Virus record (IMG/VR): IMGVR_UViG_3300048890_000135
Source of the DNA: an uncultured virus (IMG/VR IMGVR_UViG_3300048890_000135)
Taxonomy: Duplodnaviria; Heunggongvirae; Uroviricota; Caudoviricetes
Direction: 5' to 3' (one strand)
DNA: 64,000 nt
The position numbers and the translations under genes are program-made. The notes under the pieces were generated by a model. It saw nothing but the letters and a program-made list of their open reading frames with translations. It was not told the origin of the DNA and did no database searches. Shown here in pieces: positions 9,309 to 19,144 of this stretch; the stretch's first letter is position 1; the number at the start of each line of letters is the position of its first letter.

Positions 9309-10967
9309 ATGAAGATTTTGTTTCCGCTCGAGACGTTGAAAGCCCTCGTCAAGGCTGGGTGCAAGTCGCAGGATCTATCTGATGCGGACGAGATCTATCG
9401 CGGCATGGAGATCGACTCCAGGGAGATCGTCCCCTCAGACTTCCCGATCATCAAGAGGATTCTCGGAAAGGAAGAGTTCAGCCTTCAGCTTGAGAACCGT
9501 CGCATTCTCAAGAAGCTAAAGGCCCTTGAGGATCTGAAAGGATCGGCCAGCGACAAGACGACGAAGACCCTCAAGGTTCTTGAGCTCATTCCGGAGGCGA
9601 TCCGGGACATCATCGGCCAGCTTCCAAACAAGTGGATCTTCAGGACCGACGACGTCTACGGCGCGCTTATGCCGTACTTTGTCGAAGATGCGGAATACAA
9701 GCCTGCCGAGCGGAGTTCGAGCGGTTACAGCCCCGCCAAAGTCATAATCCAGCTTAGGGCGATCTCTCGCGGAGAAGAGGACGATAGAACGATCACCCTC
9801 CACAAAGCAGACCTGAAGGGGACGCTCGCAGAGATTCTCGGGCGCCACAATGCGATTCCGGAGACGCCTGAACTGGTGAAGGACTACGAAGCGGACCTAA
9901 AATATTACAAGGAGCACCACCAGAAGACTGGAGACCAGTACTCGGCTATTGGTCGAGGGCGTCCCGATGATTCGAGCATCTGGAGCCGAAAGGTCGTCAA
10001 TCTGGAGCGGGACGGACGACCCACGAAGGTTGTGATGGACGACCTCGAGGATCTGGGTGAGAAGTCCGGATACACCCAGACCGACTTCTGGTCGAAGGCC
10101 CGCGTCAAGCGGCGAGATTCGGATGAGAACGAAGAATCCTTTCCGCTTCCCGTCCATCCGGTGGTTTCAGTCTTCAGCCTCGAGTCGCACGAGTTCGTCA
10201 ATGTCCATATCACAAGCCTGAAGCCATACGAATACGATTCGTCGATGGTCGACAAGATCGTTCTTCCGGAAGACCATAAGCGGCTGATCGGGACACTGAC
10301 CAAGACGTCGGCGGACCGGCTGGAGGACATCGTTCGAGGAAAGGCCGCCGGGGTGATCATCCTTTGTAGCGGCGTTCCTGGAACTGGAAAGACGTTGACG
10401 GCCGAGATCTACAGCGAGGTCGTGAAGCGGCCGCTCTACGCCGTCCAGTGCGCCCAGCTTGGGACCGATGAAGAAGAGCTCGAGAAGGAGCTTTCGGAAG
10501 TCCTTGATCGTGCCGCCAGGTGGAAAGCGCCGCTCCTCATTGACGAGGCCGACGTCTATATCCACGAACGTGGCGAGGACATTCAGCAGAATGCGATCGT
10601 CGGAGTCTTCCTACGGCTTTTGGAGTACTTCCGTGGGATCATGTTCATGGCCACGAACCGGGCGACCGTTGTCGACGACGCGATCCTCTCGCGCGTGACG
10701 GCCCACGTCCGTTATACTCCGCCGAAGGAAGAGGACAAGATCCGCAAGCTTTGGTCGATCCAGGCGCTCCAGTTTGGCGCGGTGAATCTGGATCTGGACG
10801 CAGCGATCAAGGCGTTTCCTGGTGTGAGCGGCCGAAGCGTCCGCCAGCTGATCCGGCTCTCTGCGATGACCCATCCCCCGAAAGAGATCTCGGTAAAAAC
10901 GCTGCAATGGGCAGCGAAATTCTATGACTTTCCGGAGCTTCTTCCGGAGCGAAAGGAGAAATCGTGA
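9309..10967 (+). CDS. AAA+ ATPase
   Basis: Walker A GVPGTGKT, Walker B LLIDEAD, sensor ATNR, Arg finger AILSR. Confidence 0.85.
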   Translation: MKILFPLETLKALVKAGCKSQDLSDADEIYRGMEIDSREIVPSDFPIIKRILGKEEFSLQLENRRILKKLKALEDLKGSASDKTTKTLKVLELIPEAIRDIIGQLPNKWIFRTDDVYGALMPYFVEDAEYKPAERSSSGYSPAKVIIQLRAISRGEEDDRTITLHKADLKGTLAEILGRHNAIPETPELVKDYEADLKYYKEHHQKTGDQYSAIGRGRPDDSSIWSRKVVNLERDGRPTKVVMDDLEDLGEKSGYTQTDFWSKARVKRRDSDENEESFPLPVHPVVSVFSLESHEFVNVHITSLKPYEYDSSMVDKIVLPEDHKRLIGTLTKTSADRLEDIVRGKAAGVIILCSGVPGTGKTLTAEIYSEVVKRPLYAVQCAQLGTDEEELEKELSEVLDRAARWKAPLLIDEADVYIHERGEDIQQNAIVGVFLRLLEYFRGIMFMATNRATVVDDAILSRVTAHVRYTPPKEEDKIRKLWSIQALQFGAVNLDLDAAIKAFPGVSGRSVRQLIRLSAMTHPPKEISVKTLQWAAKFYDFPELLPERKEKS

Positions 10968-11512
10968 GCGATCCCGTGACGATGGAGAAGTCCGAGCTCG
11001 AGGCGATGAAGAACGACATGAAGAAGGTCGTCGAGGCCAACGACGGCCTCAAGAAGGAGCTGGATGTGACGCGCCGGGAGCGCGATCAGGCCAGATCCGC
11101 CACCCTCCGGGCGAAGGAAGAAGTCGAGCGCCTCCAGAAGCTCGGTCCGGAAAAGAAGACCTTGGACGAGAACAAGGGCCTTCGCACTTCCGTCTCGGAG
11201 GCCCACAAGAAGATCGCCGCGCTCGAGAAGGAGCTCGCCGCCATCAAGATCGAATCGGAGGACAGGCGGAAGGAAGTCTCCCAGCTCCAGCAGAAGCTCA
11301 GCAATGTCCAGAACACCATGGACATGATGCAGAGCGCCAGGAATAAGGCCCAGGTCGACCGCGACAAGGCGCTCGTCGATCTCCAGACTTCCGCCGATGC
11401 CTACGGCAAGCTTCGCGAGGAGTTCGAGGCCTTTAAGAAGGCTGTGGCGGAGAAAGCCGTTGAGGGGAAGAATCCGAAGGCCCAGCCGAAGCCGGAGCCG
11501 GCGAAGGCCTGA
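10964..11512 (+). CDS. Coiled-coil protein
   Basis: Heptad-rich E/K/L sequence; RBS AAGGAG. Confidence 0.7.
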   Translation: MSDPVTMEKSELEAMKNDMKKVVEANDGLKKELDVTRRERDQARSATLRAKEEVERLQKLGPEKKTLDENKGLRTSVSEAHKKIAALEKELAAIKIESEDRRKEVSQLQQKLSNVQNTMDMMQSARNKAQVDRDKALVDLQTSADAYGKLREEFEAFKKAVAEKAVEGKNPKAQPKPEPAKA

Positions 11513-11879
11513 TGGGGAGTCCGAGCAGGGTCGGGACTTGGACGCGCGGCCCTTGCAGATCGTGCCGCCGCGCTAGATCCCTCTACCGTGGAAAATGCGT
11601 TCCCTGCCGACAACCGGAAGACCGCCGGGACCTGGTGGATCACGGCGTCCCGTGCATGTCGGCAGATTTCCTGGCGCAGATGGCGAAGCGCTGCGTTCGG
11701 AAGCGCATGAAGGTCGCCCAGATGCAGACGACTCTCGAGGCCGCCCATCCGATTCTGATGCAAAACATCCGCGTCTCATCCGACGGAAAACTTTCAGCGA
11801 AAGATCCGGACCAGATCTGGATTCGCCGGGGCGGGTGGGAGCCCGGGAAGATTCTTGATCCGCCGCATACGATTTAGGC

Positions 11880-11908
11880 TTGACGTCACCGCGTATACGG
11901 CGTATACT
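11880..11908 (+). promoter_or_regulatory. Promoter with GTATAC-N3-GTATAC operator (copy 4)
   Basis: TTGACG 11880-11885, 17 nt, TATACT 11903-11908; GTATAC at 11893 and 11902. Confidence 0.8.
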
Positions 11909-11950
11909 TCTGAGGTACGGCAGGATGGGCCTGCCGATAGGAGGGGTTAT

Positions 11951-12262
11951 ATGAGCGAGCAGATCTTCACCATGCGGCTCAAGTCCGTGGGGAACCCGGA
12001 CTTCGGGCAGTACGCGCCCATCTCGGAACCCAAGGCCGTGACCGGGTCCACCCTCGCGGAGATGAAGAAGGCCTGCGAGGACTACATCGAAGAGTGGAAC
12101 CTCGGCGGCGGCAACTGGGTGGATCCGGTCGTCAAGCAGGGCTCCAAGGTCATCGGTCACTTCTCGTACAACCTGCGCTTCTGGGAAGGCCGTCCGGGTC
12201 GGTGGGACCTCAAGAAGAAGGAGATCCTGATCGACGCCGCCACGGCGGGAGGTTCGCTGTGA
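11951..12262 (+). CDS. Hypothetical phage protein
   Basis: RBS AGGAGGGGTT; GNPDFGQY and LGGGNW motifs. Confidence 0.7.
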   Translation: MSEQIFTMRLKSVGNPDFGQYAPISEPKAVTGSTLAEMKKACEDYIEEWNLGGGNWVDPVVKQGSKVIGHFSYNLRFWEGRPGRWDLKKKEILIDAATAGGSL

Positions 12263-13728
12263 CGACCACCGCCGACTGGTTCGCCGTCGACAAGGAGGGC
12301 CTTGCCAAGCTCCTCGAGCGCAAGGGCAAGGAGTTCATCCTCTACGAGCTCGTCCAGAACGCGCTCGACACGAACGCCAAGCGTACCTTGGTCAGCCTTC
12401 ACGCGAGCAACACCCGTGGCTACTCGTCCCTGCAGGTCGTGGACGACAATCCGGACGGCTGGAAGAACCTCGAGCACGCCTGGACGCTCTTCGCCGAGAG
12501 CGAGAAGAAGGGGGATGCTGAGAAGCGCGGTCGCTTCAACCTGGGCGAGAAACTCGTCCTTTCGCTCTGCAAGACGGCGAGGATCGAGACCACCACCGGC
12601 ACCGTCGTCTTCGGGGAGACCGGCCGTCACAAGCTGCGCCACAAAAGAGACGCCGGATCCCTGTTCAGCGCCACGGTCCGCATGTCCCAAGAGGAACGGG
12701 AGGGGATGCGTGCGGCGATGATGAGGCTCCTCATCCCGTCCGGCGTCGAGGTGCTCTTCAACGGGGAGACGATCCCGGTCCGGAAGCCCCTCCGCCGGAT
12801 CGAGGCGACCCTTCCTACGGAGATTGCCGATGCGGAGGGCATCCTGAAGCGCTCGGCCAGGAAGACCGTCATTGAGGTCTACGATGCCCTTGAAGGCGAG
12901 ACGCCCTCGGTCTACGAGATGGGAATCCCCGTCGTCGAGACCGGCGACAAGTGGCACTACAACGTTCTCCAGAAGGTCCCGCTCAACGCCGACCGCGACA
13001 ACGTCACTCCAGCCTATCTGCGTGAACTCCGGACGTTGGTTCTGAACGAGATGTACCGGGAGGTCACTAAGGAAGACGCCACGCAGTCCTGGGTTCGTGA
13101 TGCGGCCGAGGACGAGGATGTTTCCAAGGAGGCTGTCGAGCACGTCGTGACCCAGCGCTTCGGCGAGAAGCGCGTGATCTTCGATCCTAGCGATCCTGAG
13201 GGAACGAAGCTGGCCGTGTCGAAGGGCTACACCGTGATCGCCCCCGGATCCCTCTCCCGCGACGAGTGGGCGAACGTGAAGCGGCACGATGCGGCGCTGC
13301 CCGCCGGCCAGGTTACGCCGTCGCCCAAGCCGTACTCTCCGGACGGCGATCCGATGGACCTCCTCCCTCCCGAGAAGTACACGGACGGGATGAAGCGCGT
13401 CATCCAGTACGCCAAGGAAGTCGCCGTCCGGCTGCTTGCTTGCGACATACAGGTGGACGTCGTCAGCAAGGCGACGTGGCCCTACTCGGCGACCTACGGC
13501 CCGGGGCACCTGACGTTCAACGTCGGGCGCCTGGGGCGGATCTGGTTCGAGGACGGTCCTCGCGATGCGGTCGACCGGCTCCTGATCCATGAGTTCGGGC
13601 ACCACTATTCGAGCGACCACCTCTCCGAGCAGTACCACGATGCAATCTGCAAGCTTGGCGCACGGCTCACGCAGCTGGCGATCGACGAGCCTGGGTTCTT
13701 CAAGAAGCATGGAAGGGGTGCGGTATGA
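12259..13728 (+). CDS. GHKL (HATPase_c-like) ATPase with C-terminal HExxH motif
   Basis: ELVQNALD (N box), DDNPDG (G1), RGRFNLGEK (G2), LLIHEFGHH. Confidence 0.7.
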   Translation: MTTTADWFAVDKEGLAKLLERKGKEFILYELVQNALDTNAKRTLVSLHASNTRGYSSLQVVDDNPDGWKNLEHAWTLFAESEKKGDAEKRGRFNLGEKLVLSLCKTARIETTTGTVVFGETGRHKLRHKRDAGSLFSATVRMSQEEREGMRAAMMRLLIPSGVEVLFNGETIPVRKPLRRIEATLPTEIADAEGILKRSARKTVIEVYDALEGETPSVYEMGIPVVETGDKWHYNVLQKVPLNADRDNVTPAYLRELRTLVLNEMYREVTKEDATQSWVRDAAEDEDVSKEAVEHVVTQRFGEKRVIFDPSDPEGTKLAVSKGYTVIAPGSLSRDEWANVKRHDAALPAGQVTPSPKPYSPDGDPMDLLPPEKYTDGMKRVIQYAKEVAVRLLACDIQVDVVSKATWPYSATYGPGHLTFNVGRLGRIWFEDGPRDAVDRLLIHEFGHHYSSDHLSEQYHDAICKLGARLTQLAIDEPGFFKKHGRGAV

Positions 13729-14594
13729 ACGCGGTGGCCCAGAAGCGGTATGCGATCTACGGGATCAAGAAGGGTGAGAAGGTCCATCTCTCCGACGAAG
13801 AGGAGCTCCAGAAGGCGAAGTGGTGGGCGCGCGAGGTCGTAGGCGGCTTAGGCCGGAAGATTAAGGGTGTTCGGTACATCCAGACCGAGGTCTGGGATCG
13901 TCAGGCCAACGGCGGCGACGGCCAGCCGATCTTCGGCGTCTGGATCGGTCCGCTTGGCAGCATCAAGACCACGGACGGCAGCACGTCGGAAGCGACCACC
14001 AAAGATCCGAAGGCGGTCGAGATCAAGAAGACCGGCACCTACAAGAGCCGTGCGGCGGCGCTCGTCAATGCCCTGGACGAGGCGCTTTGCGAAGTGCTAG
14101 GGGCCGAGCTTTGTTACGAGGCGCGCGGAACGGACCCGGCCTACTGGTGGAATCTTCCGAACGATGTCCAAGTCAAGATCGACAAGTCCCGTGGAGCAGA
14201 CCCCAAGATCTGGGTGTTTCGCGAGGACCCGATCAACAAGCCGCCGAACAACACGGACTGGAAGAACGAGTGGTTTGAGCGCGACTACGACGACAAGCTC
14301 TACCACGTCGGTAGGATCGCGCTCTACGCCAAAGAGCAGGTCGAGTACAACCGGAAGAAACTCGCCGAGCACAACGCCAACGTGCAGAAGTTCAATGAGG
14401 ACATGCAGGGGACGTTGATCCCGACCGACGTGTCGATCGAGCGCAATCCCAAGACCGGCTTCTACGAACTCCGTATGACCGCCCAGATCAAGGAACTGAG
14501 CGGTGAAGAGGTGAAGTTCGTCGTCGCCAAGTGCCAGGACTTCCAGAAGGCCGTCGAGCCGTTCGAGAAGAGGAGGGGGGGTCCCGATGCTTAA
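13725..14594 (+). CDS. Hypothetical protein
   Basis: ATGA coupling; 289-aa open frame. Confidence 0.65.
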   Translation: MNAVAQKRYAIYGIKKGEKVHLSDEEELQKAKWWAREVVGGLGRKIKGVRYIQTEVWDRQANGGDGQPIFGVWIGPLGSIKTTDGSTSEATTKDPKAVEIKKTGTYKSRAAALVNALDEALCEVLGAELCYEARGTDPAYWWNLPNDVQVKIDKSRGADPKIWVFREDPINKPPNNTDWKNEWFERDYDDKLYHVGRIALYAKEQVEYNRKKLAEHNANVQKFNEDMQGTLIPTDVSIERNPKTGFYELRMTAQIKELSGEEVKFVVAKCQDFQKAVEPFEKRRGGPDA

Positions 14595-15402
14595 CCAGCG
14601 TTGGGACGAAGGCCGGATCCGCTGGCGTCCGGATGACGTGATCGACCCGTCGAAGTACGGCGTCGTCCAGGTCCCGGACAAGGGCGTGATCGAGCCGTTC
14701 ATCGCGCGGCATCACTACGAGCATTCGAAGCTTCCGAGTACGCGGTTCCGGTTCCTCATGGTCGAGCGGCAGGGCCTGAAGGATCTCGTGGTTGGCGCCG
14801 CCAACTTCGGCGTCCCCTGCCACCGGAACGTGATCGGGAATGTTTTCCCGATGATCGACCCGAACTACGAAGGGGTAGAGCTCAACCGGCTCGTTCTTCT
14901 GGATCGGATCGCCGGAAATGGCGAGTCGTTTTTTGTCGCCGAGACCTTCCGAAGACTCAAGAAACAGGGCGTCGAGGGCGTCGTCTCGTTCAGTGATCCG
15001 GTTCCACGTAAGGCGGAGTCCGGCGCTCTCGTCATGCCCGGTCATTGGGGCTGCGTCTATCAGGCGCTCAATGGGATCTACCTTGGCCGCGGATCGGCTG
15101 GGGCAAAGCGGATCTTCAAGAGCGACGGAACGAGCTTCAGCCATCGTTCGAAAACCAAGGCGTCGACGGGCGACGTAGGCGGGAACGGCGCGATCAAGCA
15201 GCTCTGCGACAAGGGTGCTTCGTGGCCGAGGCCGGACGAGGACGTCAAGGCGTGGCTCTCCTACTGGATGGATCGGCTGACCTATCGGGTCGATCATCCT
15301 GGCTGCCACAAGTACGCCTGGGCGATTTCATCGGTGCTTCGCAGGAACGTGAAGTTTCCGGTGCTGCCCTATCCGAAGACGATTGACGGAGAGGCGGCGT
15401 GA
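14587..15402 (+). CDS. Mom-like adenine-modifying GNAT acetyltransferase
   Basis: FIARHHY, ELNRLVL, ESFFVA, VVSFSDP, GHWGCVYQALNGIYLG typical of the Mom family. Confidence 0.7.
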   Translation: MLNQRWDEGRIRWRPDDVIDPSKYGVVQVPDKGVIEPFIARHHYEHSKLPSTRFRFLMVERQGLKDLVVGAANFGVPCHRNVIGNVFPMIDPNYEGVELNRLVLLDRIAGNGESFFVAETFRRLKKQGVEGVVSFSDPVPRKAESGALVMPGHWGCVYQALNGIYLGRGSAGAKRIFKSDGTSFSHRSKTKASTGDVGGNGAIKQLCDKGASWPRPDEDVKAWLSYWMDRLTYRVDHPGCHKYAWAISSVLRRNVKFPVLPYPKTIDGEAA

Positions 15403-15875
15403 TCAGACCGGACAAGATCATCTCCGGAGGCCAGACCGGCGCCGATCAGGCCGGACTCGATGCTGCTATGGAGCTTGGCATTCCTCACGGAGGATGGTGT
15501 CCGCTAGGTCGTCGTTCGGAAGATGGACCGATCCCGTCCAAGTATTCCCTCAAGGAGACTTTAAGCGACTACTACAGAGACCGGACCACCAGGAACGTGC
15601 AGGACTCTGACGGGACGATCATCTTCATCTGCGGTTCTATCGACGCGGAGCCTGGGAGCGCGCTGACCCTCAATCTCTGCAAGACGAACGAGAGGCCGAA
15701 CCTTCTGGTCAATCTCTCGATCGACTCGATCGAGAACGCAGCGAAGCTCGTTCGGGAATTCGTGCGCCACCATGAGATCAAGATTCTGAACGTCGCGGGG
15801 TCCAGAGCCTCGAACTCTCCGACGTTGGGGGCGAAGGTTGTCCAGGTGCTCAAGCTGGCGTTTTCGGAGGAATGA
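15399..15875 (+). CDS. SLOG-superfamily protein (putative molybdenum carrier / YpsA-like)
   Basis: KIISGGQTGADQAGLDAA, GGWCP, RTTRNVQDSDGT, LNVAGSR. Confidence 0.8.
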   Translation: MIRPDKIISGGQTGADQAGLDAAMELGIPHGGWCPLGRRSEDGPIPSKYSLKETLSDYYRDRTTRNVQDSDGTIIFICGSIDAEPGSALTLNLCKTNERPNLLVNLSIDSIENAAKLVREFVRHHEIKILNVAGSRASNSPTLGAKVVQVLKLAFSEE

Positions 15876-17650
15876 TGGAAGTCCGTCCATATCAGACGAA
15901 GTGTCTCGACGCCATGCAGGAAGCCGCCAAGAACGGTGTGACGCGGCAGCTGGTCGTGATGGCGACGGGTCTCGGCAAGACCGTCGTAGTCGGCAAGTTT
16001 CTTGAACGGATGGGATTCCCGAACACCTACGGGATCATGCATCGTGAGGAACTGATCAGCCAGTCGAGAGACAAGATCCGCTCCATCAATCCGAATCTTT
16101 CAATCGGACTGGACAAGGCTGAGTTCCATCCAGACATCTCGACGGATCGGGTCATCCTGGCAACCGTCCAGAGCGTTGGTCACGTCGATGGAAAGCGCCT
16201 GTCGGCAGTCCCGAAAGACTGGCCTAAGATCGTTTGGACCGACGAGGTCCATCATGCGCCTTCCGAGAGCTACCTCACGGTCCTCGATCACTTTGGCCTT
16301 AGGGGAGCGCAACCGCGCCGGGACATCATCTCGATCGGGACGACAGCGACGCCGGATCGGCTGGACAACCTGGGCTATGACCAACTCTTCGACGACGTTG
16401 TATTCCGCTACGGCCTCCGGGATGGAATCCGAGACGGTTGGCTTTCGGACATCAAGGCTTGGCGGATCCAGACCGGCGCGGATCTCTCGGCCATCAAGTC
16501 CCGAAAGGGGGACTTCGTCGAGAAGGAACTCGATGAGATCATGAACACGGACGAGCACAACAAGCTCGCCGTCGATGTCTGGGCTCAGCACTGCAGGAGC
16601 CGGCGTAGTCTTTTCTTCTGTGTTACCAAGGAGCACGCACGTAAAGTTTCCGAAGCTCTCGGAAAGGCTGGAGGAAAGAGCGCGGTCGTGGTCGCCGAGA
16701 CCGATCCGGTCGAGCGGAGAGGTTCGATCGAGGCCCTGCGTTCCGGGGAGCTCGAGGCGATCGTGAATGTCGGCGTCTTCACGGAAGGCTTCGACCTCCC
16801 GGAGATCGACTGCATCCACATCCTTCGGCCTACCCAGTCAAGAGCCCTCTACGTGCAGATGATCGGCCGGGGAACGCGGAAAGCGCCGAGCAAGCCGTAC
16901 ATGGAACTCTTCGACCATACCGGCCAAGGTCACGACGTCTGTACGGTCGGTCAGATCTTCGGCCTTCCGGATTCCTGGCAGCTGGAAGGGAACATGGTCG
17001 AGAAGGATACCGCCGACCTCGAGGCGGCGGTCGAGGATCTCGGGCTCTCCACGGACGGCCTCAAGAGCGTGAAGGATCTCCAGGAGAAGCTGCGTTCGAG
17101 AGAGCAGCGGATGGAGCTGATCCGGGGATCGCTCACCGCGGCGGACCTTCCGTCCAAGCTCGTCTGGGTGAAACCCTCACCCTCCAAGGAGCGCTACGTC
17201 ATCTCCTGGAGGAACGAGACTCGGGAGGAAGTTGACAGGATGAAGCTCGAGTACCAGTTCGCCGCGCTTCAGGCGATGGAGCCAAAGAACCTCTTCGGGA
17301 TTGCCGAACGGATCGAAGTCTGGAAGAACGAGCTTGGGAAATATGAAGGTCGTTGCTTCCGTCGCCTGGGCGACGAGGTCCACGAGCATCCTATGGGGAA
17401 CGATGCGTCGATCGCCAAACTCGTTGGCCGACTCGAGACCTGGATCGTGGAGAAGCGGCCTCACAAAGCCCCGCTCATGAAGAAGTCGGTGAAGTGGGGG
17501 AAGGAACCGGCGAGCTCGGCCCAGATCGGGATCTTGAAGCGAAAGGGGATCCCTTCCGAATTCATCGAAGGATGCGGCCTCACCAAGCGCGAAGCCTCGA
17601 TCCTGATGACGATTCCACACAAGAGGATCCGGGCGCTGTTCGGGTCATAG
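15872..17650 (+). CDS. SF2 DEAD/DEAH-box helicase (YejH/IRC3-like)
   Basis: RPYQ, ATGLGKT, DEVHH, TATP, TEGFDLP, QMIGRGTR. Confidence 0.9.
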   Translation: MMEVRPYQTKCLDAMQEAAKNGVTRQLVVMATGLGKTVVVGKFLERMGFPNTYGIMHREELISQSRDKIRSINPNLSIGLDKAEFHPDISTDRVILATVQSVGHVDGKRLSAVPKDWPKIVWTDEVHHAPSESYLTVLDHFGLRGAQPRRDIISIGTTATPDRLDNLGYDQLFDDVVFRYGLRDGIRDGWLSDIKAWRIQTGADLSAIKSRKGDFVEKELDEIMNTDEHNKLAVDVWAQHCRSRRSLFFCVTKEHARKVSEALGKAGGKSAVVVAETDPVERRGSIEALRSGELEAIVNVGVFTEGFDLPEIDCIHILRPTQSRALYVQMIGRGTRKAPSKPYMELFDHTGQGHDVCTVGQIFGLPDSWQLEGNMVEKDTADLEAAVEDLGLSTDGLKSVKDLQEKLRSREQRMELIRGSLTAADLPSKLVWVKPSPSKERYVISWRNETREEVDRMKLEYQFAALQAMEPKNLFGIAERIEVWKNELGKYEGRCFRRLGDEVHEHPMGNDASIAKLVGRLETWIVEKRPHKAPLMKKSVKWGKEPASSAQIGILKRKGIPSEFIEGCGLTKREASILMTIPHKRIRALFGS

Positions 17651-17746
17651 AGGAGGTGGCAGATGGAGACAGGAGCCGGGCTTCGGGACGGCGCCCTCGA
17701 CCGACCCATCAAGATTTTCTGAGCGGTCAGGGTCGGGTACGGGCGC

Positions 17747-17977
17747 GTGACGCCCAGGGGCCATTTGCCGGTCTTCTCCGTAGATACGGAGCGGGAGGCC
17801 GAGAAGCTGATCGTCGGAGCCTGCCAGCGTGGAGACGACGGGAAGTTCTACGCGCGCGAGCTGCTTGAGGAACAGACGCTGCCGAACCTGTATGCGTTCG
17901 GGGAAAAGGTCGCGTTGGTTCACGACAGGCTGGTCGCGCTGGGGAAGTGCGAGTGCAAGGATCGGGAAAAGGATTGA
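17747..17977 (+). CDS. Small hypothetical protein
   Basis: Coding-like frame; start uncertain. Confidence 0.5.
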   Translation: MTPRGHLPVFSVDTEREAEKLIVGACQRGDDGKFYARELLEEQTLPNLYAFGEKVALVHDRLVALGKCECKDREKD

Positions 17978-17990
17978 GGAGAGAGTGACA

Positions 17991-18203
17991 ATGGATGCGG
18001 ATTACAAGAGGCTGTGCGGAGAAATTTGGGATGCTTTGGGCGTCCCGCCGGCACAGCAGAAGGGCGAGCCGACGGAAGAGGTGAAGAAAATCGTTGCCGC
18101 CGGACGCAAGGTCGTGGAAGTCTTCTCGAGCAAGGACAAGGTCGGCTGGTCGCCGTCCCAACTTCGGGACGCGGTCGCCAAGCTGATGCACGTCCTACGT
18201 TGA
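17991..18203 (+). CDS. Small hypothetical protein
   Basis: RBS GAGGAG. Confidence 0.55.
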   Translation: MDADYKRLCGEIWDALGVPPAQQKGEPTEEVKKIVAAGRKVVEVFSSKDKVGWSPSQLRDAVAKLMHVLR

Positions 18204-18208
18204 AAAAT

Positions 18209-18293
18209 TAACCCCTCCTGGGCTCCGGCCACTCTGCTCGGCCGGGGCTTCCGTAGCGCCGTCCTGCGTGGACGTCGGCACGGAGGCGAAACC
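18209..18293 (+). ncRNA. Unassigned two-hairpin RNA element (copy 2)
   Basis: TAACCCCTCCT, hairpin 18221-18249 (loop ACTCTGCTC), hairpin 18250-18284 (loop TGCGT); stems differ from copy 1 but still pair. Confidence 0.55.
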
Positions 18294-18644
18294 ATGATGC
18301 AGATCGTATCGGAAGAAGAGTCCCGGCGGTGGAGGGAGGAAGTGAAGCACCTTCAGAACTCAGCGTCTCTCGAGGATCGCGTGGTCTCGATCCTGATGGA
18401 TCTCGCGATTGGAGGCAGCGGAAACGGCGGCGAGCTGGCCCGAGCCAAGGCCAAGGCGATCTGCAAGATGTTCGAACAGGACCAGTCTCCGGCCAAGATC
18501 AAGATCTCCGTGGAGCTCGCCGAAGAGGTCCGCAGATCCGTCATGGCCGATATCGCCGACGGCTGCGGGACATGCCACTGGGCCAGCGAGTACATCGTCG
18601 ATCGGGTCAAAGAACTGGACCGGATGAGGGCGAAAGGCGTATGA
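18294..18644 (+). CDS. Hypothetical protein
   Basis: RBS GGAGG. Confidence 0.6.
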   Translation: MMQIVSEEESRRWREEVKHLQNSASLEDRVVSILMDLAIGGSGNGGELARAKAKAICKMFEQDQSPAKIKISVELAEEVRRSVMADIADGCGTCHWASEYIVDRVKELDRMRAKGV

Positions 18645-18883
18645 CGGATCCCATGGCCGGAAAGAAGGGGTTTGCCCCTGTCGTTCACAAGATCGACGGC
18701 CGGGAACTCTTCATCGTCGGACGCGTTACCTACGGCGTGCGCGGATATGAGCCGATCTTGAAGCGCCGCTATATCAGGTTCACCGACGCCGAGAAGGCAG
18801 CGGAGAAGCTCAACCGTCGCCACGGTCTTTCCGACGAGGAGGCGTGGCTTCTGATCGAAAACACTGTGATGTGCGAAAGATGA
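18641..18883 (+). CDS. Hypothetical protein
   Basis: ATGA coupling. Confidence 0.55.
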   Translation: MTDPMAGKKGFAPVVHKIDGRELFIVGRVTYGVRGYEPILKRRYIRFTDAEKAAEKLNRRHGLSDEEAWLLIENTVMCER

Positions 18884-18902
18884 TCGGGTACAATTCCAAG
18901 GC

Positions 18903-19142
18903 ATGGAACACGTAATCGGGAAGCTGCGGCGTCTTGATGGTCCAGCGCTCACCCTGACGATCCTGTCTCTCGCCGTTGCGATCTGGCTCCTCCTTGCGTT
19001 CATATTCGCGTTCGGAGGATCCATGATCAGGTCGGCAGCGATCGGCAACAACAATGAGGTCAAGGTGGTTCCCTGCGCCAAGTGCGTCAATTGCTCCTGC
19101 CCGAGGATCGCAGGAACGGCGCAGTGCCTGTGTCCGAGGTGA
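18903..19142 (+). CDS. Small membrane protein with Cys-rich tail
   Basis: One TM helix; CAKCVNCSC...CLC; TACAAT 8 nt upstream. Confidence 0.55.
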   Translation: MEHVIGKLRRLDGPALTLTILSLAVAIWLLLAFIFAFGGSMIRSAAIGNNNEVKVVPCAKCVNCSCPRIAGTAQCLCPR

Positions 19143-19144
19143 AG

